IMG/VR virus record: IMGVR_UViG_3300020044_005404 | Coordinates: 1-34,083 of that record | Length of the DNA stretch: 34,083 nt | Origin: a virus | Lineage: Duplodnaviria > Caudoviricetes | Strand: one strand, 5' to 3' | In this document: positions 6,879 through 13,133 of the stretch, piece by piece | Layout of the letters: every line of letters starts with the position of its first letter | Numbering within the stretch: position 1 is the stretch's first letter | Position numbers and translations under genes: made by a program | The notes under the pieces: generated by a model | What the model was told of the DNA's origin: nothing | Database searches by the model: none | Seen by the model: the letters and a program-made list of their open reading frames with translations, nothing else

Positions 6879-7897
6879 TGGGAGTAAACACAACCACTAA
6901 AGGACATATAGTAGTTCAGTATCTTAAAAAGTTCGGCGGACTATCTCACAAACAGATAGGTAAGAAAATCTTTGAAGACCATCCGACCGTCTTTACCGAT
7001 GTTACCCATGCCTATAACATGGTCCGCTACTATGCAGGTACCAAAGGTAAACACTCTAGAAAATGTCTAGGCAAAAACGAGACTACCATGATAGCTAAAC
7101 AGAATGCCGATGTACTCAAACGATGGGGACTCCAAAAGTCAAAGGCCAAAGGAAAAAAGTTTTATCAAATCCCGGCAGATAAAGATAAGGTTCTTTGGAT
7201 TTCGGATATACATATTCCTAATCATGACGAAACAGCGCTGACCACAGCACTGGAGTACGGACTAGCCAATAAAGCCAACTGTATCGTTATTGGTGGCGAC
7301 CTATTGGATAACGCCCCGTTTACCCGTTTCCGTACCCCACCTAATAAGAAAAGAGCCAGAGAATACTTTGACATGGCTACGGACTTCCTATCGGCTCTAC
7401 GTCTCAACTTTCCAAAGGCCCTGATCATCTACATGGAAGGCAACCACGACCGTTGGTATGTGGACTGGCTGATTGACCATTGCGCCATCGTATTCGATGA
7501 CCCTCACTACCAGTTGGAGACCCGCCTAGGACTAGCGGACCTGAATATAGAGTACCTAAAGGAAAGCGTTATCGTTAAGGCAGGAAAGCTCCCGATGCTG
7601 CATGGTCACACCATCGTTAGGGGTGTCTTTGCGCCTGTAAACGCCGCCCGTGGCGCTTACGTCCGTAGTAAACATAACCTATTGATAGGACATACGCATC
7701 AAGTCTCTATGCACTCTGAAAAGGATATAACAGGCAAAGCAACCAAGACTTGGAGTACCGGCTGTCTGTGTACCTTATCGCCTGACTACGACCCGCATAA
7801 CACAAAGCACGGTCATGGTTTCGCCTTTATAGAGACCGAACCGTCAGGGGCGTTTACGGTAAAGAATTTCGAGATTGTGGATGGTATAATTCGGTAG
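6878..7897 (+). CDS. Calcineurin-like metallophosphoesterase with N-terminal helical/basic extension
   Basis: Motifs SDIH, GDLLD, GNHD, HGH, GHTH. Start placed at 6878 (TGATG overlap). Confidence 0.9.
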   Translation: MGVNTTTKGHIVVQYLKKFGGLSHKQIGKKIFEDHPTVFTDVTHAYNMVRYYAGTKGKHSRKCLGKNETTMIAKQNADVLKRWGLQKSKAKGKKFYQIPADKDKVLWISDIHIPNHDETALTTALEYGLANKANCIVIGGDLLDNAPFTRFRTPPNKKRAREYFDMATDFLSALRLNFPKALIIYMEGNHDRWYVDWLIDHCAIVFDDPHYQLETRLGLADLNIEYLKESVIVKAGKLPMLHGHTIVRGVFAPVNAARGAYVRSKHNLLIGHTHQVSMHSEKDITGKATKTWSTGCLCTLSPDYDPHNTKHGHGFAFIETEPSGAFTVKNFEIVDGIIR

Positions 7898-7945
7898 TTG
7901 TAACCATAATTGTTTAGTTTCGTTGAACCCTAAAAATTCAACACA

Positions 7946-8098
7946 ATGAGACTAGAGAACATCCTGATTATCTTTGCTATTATTTTACTTGCAACAGCTG
8001 CTATCGGATTGGCTGAAAATTCGACCGCTTTATTCTGTATCCCAATGGCTCTTTGCGCCGTGGTTTGGATAGTAGATATGCGCTACCGCCGCAAATAA
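7946..8098 (+). CDS. Small 2-TM membrane protein (50 aa); not in the ORF track
   Basis: MRLENILIIFAIILLATAAIGLAENSTALFCIPMALCAVVWIVDMRYRRK, with a basic C-terminal tail. Confidence 0.7.
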   Translation: MRLENILIIFAIILLATAAIGLAENSTALFCIPMALCAVVWIVDMRYRRK

Positions 8099-8166
8099 GT
8101 TGGTGGACTACCACTATAGAGAGTAAATTAGCGCAAATTCGCATAATAAATGAGGGTGTATACCTA

Positions 8167-8197
8167 TTTCATTAGGCTAATTCTACATGTACATTTG
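8167..8197 (+). promoter_or_regulatory. Probable early promoter (Bacteroidota sigmaA type)
   Basis: TACATTTG at 8190-8197 (-7 box) with TTTC 19 nt upstream (near -33 TTTG). Lies in the intergenic gap before the early operon. Confidence 0.65.
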
Positions 8198-8228
8198 TAT
8201 ATACACAAACCCCAAAAACATTACCACC

Positions 8229-8486
8229 ATGTCCTACGACGATTACAAACTCGACAACCCGTACTCAGAACGCTACGAACGTGAACCTGACTACGATGCT
8301 ATCTTTGAGCAACGCCGTGAAGCTGAACACTTCCGTAAGATTGCAGACTACCATGACTTCATGCAGTCAGTTATCCGTAAAGAGTTTGATGCTGCCAACT
8401 ACGACCTTCAAAAGTTCATCATCCAGATGGCCATCTACTTTGGATACCGTGAACTGGCAGCAGAGATGGAAAGGGACATCCAATGA
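8229..8486 (+). CDS. Hypothetical early protein
   Basis: Start moved to ATG 8229 (MSYDDYK), which is downstream of the promoter and behind an A-rich leader. Confidence 0.7.
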   Translation: MSYDDYKLDNPYSERYEREPDYDAIFEQRREAEHFRKIADYHDFMQSVIRKEFDAANYDLQKFIIQMAIYFGYRELAAEMERDIQ

Positions 8487-8743
8487 TGTTCCCTTACGAC
8501 CAAAGGCGGTTGAAAAGGATGCTCGATAAGCATAAGCACCAATTCAACCGCTCACTGATGCTTCAGAAAGCAATCGAGAATATGCCTACCAATACCATCG
8601 AGTACGAATACGCTTTCCGTGACCTTGTAAACGCCCGGCTCGAATGTATTGAAACAGATAAAAAGATTTACCAAAACTTTATAACAACCCAAGAACATGA
8701 ACAAATCAGAAACAATCAACGAACTAGCGACAGCCTTGAGTAA
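8483..8743 (+). CDS. Hypothetical protein
   Basis: 86 aa, ATGA overlap. Confidence 0.6.
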   Translation: MMFPYDQRRLKRMLDKHKHQFNRSLMLQKAIENMPTNTIEYEYAFRDLVNARLECIETDKKIYQNFITTQEHEQIRNNQRTSDSLE

Positions 8744-9272
8744 GGCTCAAGCCGCTATTAAAGGTGCTATCGAAGACAGCACGAACCCACATTTCCGCAG
8801 TAAGTACGCCTCCCTGCAGTCATACATCGATGCCGCTCGTGAGCCGCTGACAAAGAACGGACTGGCAATAACCCAACTGCTTACCGACATCAACTGCGAG
8901 AGCATGAACCTAGTAACCATTGAGACCGTAATGATGCACTCATCGGGGCAATGGATAAGCTCTACCTTTAGCGTTCCCGTCTCCAAGGCAGATGCCCAAG
9001 GTTTCGGTTCTGCCGTGACGTATGCACGCCGCTATTCCTTTGCCGCTATCGTAGGTATCGCTCCGGTGGATGATGACGGGCAAGCGGCTATCCAACAGCC
9101 AGTGCCGGTAGCTAAGTCCACCAAGCTACCTGCCAAGGTATCCGTAGCTATCAATGCCGCTCAAACCATCGAAGAGGTTAACGCCGTGGCTAAGACCATG
9201 CCGGAATACCACAACCATCCCGATTTCCGTAACCTAGTACAAAAGAAAAGAGAAACCCTAACCCAAAACTAA
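8697..9272 (+). CDS. erf: ERF-family single-strand annealing recombinase
   Basis: NPHFRSKYASL, HSSGQWI and GSAVTYARRYS signature motifs. Confidence 0.92.
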   Translation: MNKSETINELATALSKAQAAIKGAIEDSTNPHFRSKYASLQSYIDAAREPLTKNGLAITQLLTDINCESMNLVTIETVMMHSSGQWISSTFSVPVSKADAQGFGSAVTYARRYSFAAIVGIAPVDDDGQAAIQQPVPVAKSTKLPAKVSVAINAAQTIEEVNAVAKTMPEYHNHPDFRNLVQKKRETLTQN

Positions 9273-9279
9273 TAACATC

Positions 9280-9711
9280 ATGAGCCTCAAAAATTTATTT
9301 GCAGAATACTCGATTGAGTTATCCAAAAAATACCATGATCATCTAGAGTTTTTAATAGATTATATTGATGAAAAACCATTTTACCAAATTATTACATCTG
9401 AGAAAATTATTCATGAATTAGAAATAAATGGTTTCAGATTACCTAGTAAGTCGAAAAAAACAATTCTTTGTAAAATGATGAAAGCTATTAGAAAAATTAA
9501 TTATGTGAATTATTTTCCAGTTGCTAATAGTCATGGATATACTAAGATAAACCAAACGGATGAAGGTTTAGCATGGAGGCAGAGCATGAAAGAAAGGGCT
9601 ACTTCAATGTTAAGTCAAATCAAAGCATTTGACAAAAAGTTTAATTATCAGGAACCAAATGAAGATAATCAAAACCTAAAAATCACATTCGCTCATGAAT
9701 CTCACGCCTGA
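9280..9711 (+). CDS. Hypothetical, possible winged-helix DNA-binding protein (AT-rich gene)
   Basis: Basic helical region, PVANSHGY wing-like motif, then S...R..S helix. Visibly lower GC than its neighbours. Confidence 0.45.
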   Translation: MSLKNLFAEYSIELSKKYHDHLEFLIDYIDEKPFYQIITSEKIIHELEINGFRLPSKSKKTILCKMMKAIRKINYVNYFPVANSHGYTKINQTDEGLAWRQSMKERATSMLSQIKAFDKKFNYQEPNEDNQNLKITFAHESHA

Positions 9712-10468
9712 CATCATCTACCCTATCAGTAACAGTCGGTTGACCGCTTTCAAGCGGTCGCCACTTCACCTGATACACTACCTGACTAAGCCTAAAGAGT
9801 CTACCCCAGCAATGACCTTCGGTTCTGCCTTCCACGCCTACCTACTCGAACCCGATAAGTTCAACAGCCTTTACGCTGTCGCTCCAGATGTTGACCGCCG
9901 TACCAAAGAAGGGAAGTTGGAGTTTGATAAGTTCGTCTATGAGTCCGATGGTAAGACCGTGTTGACAAATTCTGACAAGTCAAAAATTGTCAACATGGCT
10001 GAGGCGGTCTACGCTAATCCTATCGCCGCTGAACTGATGCAGCAGCTCGTAGCTACCGAGGTGTACCGGGAGTGGACCAGTGACGGCCTTAAGCTACCAA
10101 TGCGTGGTATTATCGATGGCATCGCACCTGACTTCATGCTCGATATCAAGACCTGCATGGATGCCACTCCTAACAAGTTCCAACGGGATGCGTGGTTTAT
10201 GTCCTACCACCGTCAAGCCGCTATCTACCTTGACAGTGATCACTCCATCAAAGACTTTTACTTCATAGCCATCGAGAAAGATGCCCCCTACGGAGTATCA
10301 GTTCATAAGGTTACAGATGGAATGCTTGATAAAGGACGTGAAGTATACCTTGACCAACTTATTGAATACAAAGCGTGGGCTGATGCCGGTTGCCCTGCCG
10401 CAGGATATGAATACTGGCATTACTCAGGAACCCACGAATGGGAACTACCAACCTACTTATCTATCTAA
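9695..10468 (+). CDS. PD-(D/E)XK exonuclease, RecE/ExoVIII-like (DUF3799)
   Basis: S.S.L, FGSAFH..LLEP, RRTKEGK, G.ID, DIKT, YHRQAAIY, F.FIAIEK..PY. Confidence 0.9.
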   Translation: MNLTPDIIYPISNSRLTAFKRSPLHLIHYLTKPKESTPAMTFGSAFHAYLLEPDKFNSLYAVAPDVDRRTKEGKLEFDKFVYESDGKTVLTNSDKSKIVNMAEAVYANPIAAELMQQLVATEVYREWTSDGLKLPMRGIIDGIAPDFMLDIKTCMDATPNKFQRDAWFMSYHRQAAIYLDSDHSIKDFYFIAIEKDAPYGVSVHKVTDGMLDKGREVYLDQLIEYKAWADAGCPAAGYEYWHYSGTHEWELPTYLSI

Positions 10469-10470
10469 TA

Positions 10471-10710
10471 ATGAAGACAAAAGAAGACCTTGAAAAGCGT
10501 TTAGAGTGGGCCAACGAACAGTTCATGGACGCTCAAATTAACCTAGCCCGTAAGAACCGCATAGGAAACCACAAATCAATTCAAACCGCCCGTATGGATA
10601 TCGTTAGCTTCATGATGGAGATTAACGTCCTAGAATGGGTACTCAACACCAGAACCGATGAAGAAAGTGGATACAACAAAGCCGCAAATGGCGACAGCCC
10701 TAACGATTAA
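10471..10710 (+). CDS. Hypothetical protein
   Basis: Start MKTKEDL immediately after the upstream stop; ends with an LEWVLN motif. Confidence 0.65.
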   Translation: MKTKEDLEKRLEWANEQFMDAQINLARKNRIGNHKSIQTARMDIVSFMMEINVLEWVLNTRTDEESGYNKAANGDSPND

Positions 10711-10765
10711 CTCCATGTTAATAATAGCCATCTATTACTTACTTAAAGCCATCCAATACACATGA
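10658..10765 (+). CDS. Small single-TM protein (35 aa); not in the ORF track
   Basis: MKKVDTTKPQMATALTINSMLIIAIYYLLKAIQYT; fills the gap and has an ATGA overlap with 10762. Confidence 0.5.
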   Translation: MKKVDTTKPQMATALTINSMLIIAIYYLLKAIQYT

Positions 10766-10965
10766 AAAGAGAAAAAATAAGAGCCGTCATGATACTCAAC
10801 GAAGTAGAAGTCGACATCGCCCGTATCGTTAAGTTTGACCCGGACTTTAATAACCTAAAGGAAAAGATTGCAGAAGTCCGTGACATCATCCTGCAAGAAG
10901 AGTTTCCACAAACACTCCAGACCGCCCCTGAATTGGACTGGGATAAAATGAAGGAGATATACTAA
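10762..10965 (+). CDS. Hypothetical protein
   Basis: 67 aa, translationally coupled. Confidence 0.6.
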   Translation: MKREKIRAVMILNEVEVDIARIVKFDPDFNNLKEKIAEVRDIILQEEFPQTLQTAPELDWDKMKEIY

Positions 10966-11156
10966 TGGATAAGATACCTATCACCAAAGACGTATGTATG
11001 GACTACGTAGTCGAGGAAATGGCAATCGGAAACCCTATCGTTTGGTCCATGTTCGAATATGAACTAGAAAAAAGTGGGGATTTTTGGATAACTTTTGCTA
11101 CTTTTGACAAAGTTGCTGAAATAGTTTACCAACACGCTATTAAATACGACATCTGA
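10965..11156 (+). CDS. Hypothetical protein
   Basis: 63 aa, TAATG coupling. Confidence 0.6.
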   Translation: MDKIPITKDVCMDYVVEEMAIGNPIVWSMFEYELEKSGDFWITFATFDKVAEIVYQHAIKYDI

Positions 11157-11157
11157 C

Positions 11158-11472
11158 ATGGCGAAAGTAATCATCTTTGACTTTGACGGAACAGCCAACA
11201 CCCGCAAAGGAGCTGAAACTATTGACCGTTGGTTAGCTGGTGGCGATATCATCCACATCGTTACAGCCCGTACCCGTGGCATGGAAGAAGTATATGAGTG
11301 GGCTGAATCACACGGCATACTTAAGAGCCGGGTACACCAAGTCAACCGGGGAGAAAAGTGGAAGCTAGTCCAACGCCTAGGAGCGGAAAAGCTAATCGAT
11401 AATAACCCCGATGAACTCGAACTTGTAAGAAAGAATACTAATGCACTGGCATGGTCGCCAGAGAGACTATGA
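11158..11472 (+). CDS. Minimal HAD-superfamily phosphatase
   Basis: FDFDGT motif I, IVTAR motif II, K motif III, IDNNPDE motif IV. Confidence 0.8.
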   Translation: MAKVIIFDFDGTANTRKGAETIDRWLAGGDIIHIVTARTRGMEEVYEWAESHGILKSRVHQVNRGEKWKLVQRLGAEKLIDNNPDELELVRKNTNALAWSPERL

Positions 11473-11723
11473 AAGGAAATCACAACCAACCAAAGATAGC
11501 ACGAGCTTTACAGATGATGTTCTTGTTATCAGATACTAAAAGTGGATATTCCGTAAAGTATCTATCTGAAATTACCGGAATAACAACCAGAAGCATTTAC
11601 CGATATCTTAATATGTTCGAGACTATCGGTTATCAATTAGAAAAAAATCATAATAAATTTAGAATCATTAACTTCAAAATCAGTCCTAACAATGGAAACA
11701 ACCAAAAAGGTTTACCTAGCTAA
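11469..11723 (+). CDS. Stand-alone winged HTH resembling the N-terminus of WYL-domain regulators
   Basis: QPKIARAL..., YSVKYLSEITGITTRSIYRYLNMFETIGY; no WYL domain follows. Confidence 0.75.
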   Translation: MKGNHNQPKIARALQMMFLLSDTKSGYSVKYLSEITGITTRSIYRYLNMFETIGYQLEKNHNKFRIINFKISPNNGNNQKGLPS

Positions 11724-11967
11724 CCTAAAAAGCTTTGGAAATTTCGGTTCTATAAAAGGTCGTATCTACGCCGATAAAACCGCTGAACACTGGCAGACCG
11801 ATGATAAAGGTCGTAAGTACCTACCTATCATCATCAATGTCAACAAAGAGCCTGATCAGTACGGTAACACCCATGCCGTAGTCCTTGACACATGGAAGCC
11901 GGAGACTCAACAGGCACCTGTTAGTAAGTCAAAGACGGAGACAGCTCCTAACGACCTTCCTTTCTGA
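11692..11967 (+). CDS. Putative single-stranded DNA-binding protein
   Basis: Short beta-rich domain (GRKYL, DQYGNTH), flexible linker and SSB-type C-terminal tip NDLPF. Confidence 0.7.
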   Translation: METTKKVYLANLKSFGNFGSIKGRIYADKTAEHWQTDDKGRKYLPIIINVNKEPDQYGNTHAVVLDTWKPETQQAPVSKSKTETAPNDLPF

Positions 11968-11976
11968 TATTTGACA

Positions 11977-12060
11977 AACTCCGTGCAGGGAGTTGGTTTT
12001 GGTTAATCATCTTTACCCTATTGCCCGAAGGTCTGCACACCGGAGGGTAGTAGGGTTTTT
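11977..12060 (+). ncRNA. Candidate structured RNA: two hairpins with complementary 6-nt loops, ending in an intrinsic terminator
   Basis: Hairpin 1: AACTCC-GTGCAG-GGAGTT. Hairpin 2: 12-bp stem, GAA/GGA internal loop, 3-bp stem, loop CTGCAC; then a T-tract. Confidence 0.7.
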
Positions 12061-12072
12061 AATATAAATACC

Positions 12073-12336
12073 ATGGAATATAAACAAACAGCCGTACAAT
12101 GGCTATGGAAAGAATGGAGCGATTTAATGAAATCATCTATTGACAGCTACGGTAGGTTTATTATATCAGAAGAGCAATATATTGATAAGTTGGTGCAACT
12201 ATTTAACATTGCTGATAAACAACTTGTAGAAGATTTAATAAATGGAATTGATAAAGCAAAAGTTAATAGTATTGAAGGTAAGAAATATGTAAAAGATACT
12301 TATGGTATTCATATTGAAAACATATATCTAAACTAA
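12073..12336 (+). CDS. Hypothetical protein (KQTAVxWL-type, AT-rich)
   Basis: 87 aa, A-rich initiation region. Confidence 0.65.
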   Translation: MEYKQTAVQWLWKEWSDLMKSSIDSYGRFIISEEQYIDKLVQLFNIADKQLVEDLINGIDKAKVNSIEGKKYVKDTYGIHIENIYLN

Positions 12337-12764
12337 TGTCTAAACGCTACACCCCGGCAATGGTTGACCTTCTGAACAAGGCAATGGAATACAGTAAGAC
12401 CAACTATCCTTCCATCCCCGACCATGCACGTCCAAAGCCTTCCTACAAGACCACCGATGCCAATGGACTTACCAAAGCCATAGTAGAATGGATAGACCTT
12501 TCTGGCGGTTGGGCAACACGGATCAGTACCGAAGGACGTTATATCGAGTCACTCGGTAAACGTATCCATTCATCAGTAAAGAAAGGAACAGCCGATATTC
12601 ATGCCGTCTGGAAAGGGATGCACCTATCCATAGAGGTTAAGATAGGAGCCGATAGGCAGTCACCTGAACAGAAAGCCATAGAGACCGATGTCAAGGCCGC
12701 CGGGGGGCATTACTTCATAGCTAAAGACTTTGACACATTCTATAATTGGATAACAACACTATAA
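12336..12764 (+). CDS. VRR-NUC domain nuclease (Holliday junction resolvase-like)
   Basis: GTADI, IEVK, QSPEQK, GG.YFIA motifs. Confidence 0.85.
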   Translation: MSKRYTPAMVDLLNKAMEYSKTNYPSIPDHARPKPSYKTTDANGLTKAIVEWIDLSGGWATRISTEGRYIESLGKRIHSSVKKGTADIHAVWKGMHLSIEVKIGADRQSPEQKAIETDVKAAGGHYFIAKDFDTFYNWITTL

Positions 12765-12767
12765 CAC

Positions 12768-13046
12768 ATGATAACCAGAGAACAATACCTACAAGCACTA
12801 GAGATAGCCGATAAGTATCATCGGCAGTTCCTTCCGGCAGAACGTGACCCTTCGAAACTAACCATACGGGAATGGCTGAACCTCAACTCAGGTAAGGTAT
12901 CAACCCGCCTAGAACGAGCGTTGATAACCCTTGTTGAAAAAGGATTCATCTATATATCAGACATTCACGAGTTCGATATGATGAGACTACACGCTGTAGG
13001 TAGCAACACATGGAGAGAATTTATAGCTTTACGAGGTCACCAATGA
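12768..13046 (+). CDS. Small protein with RNA polymerase alpha-CTD-like HhH domain
   Basis: VSTRLERAL...DMMRLHAVGSNTWREF resembles alpha-CTD LSVR..N.L...DLLK..NLG.KSL.EI. Confidence 0.5.
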   Translation: MITREQYLQALEIADKYHRQFLPAERDPSKLTIREWLNLNSGKVSTRLERALITLVEKGFIYISDIHEFDMMRLHAVGSNTWREFIALRGHQ

Positions 13047-13120
13047 GCTGTATCTACTACCCGCCGCCAAAGCCTAAGAAGCCACGGTCTATTAAGATAG
13101 GGCATCTGATAAACTCTTAA
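13043..13120 (+). CDS. Putative 25-aa leader peptide upstream of the primase; not in the ORF track
   Basis: MSCIYYPPPKPKKPRSIKIGHLINS; ATGA-coupled to the upstream gene; stop codon 13 nt before the primase ATG. Confidence 0.5.
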   Translation: MSCIYYPPPKPKKPRSIKIGHLINS

Positions 13121-13133
13121 CCAAAACCAAACC

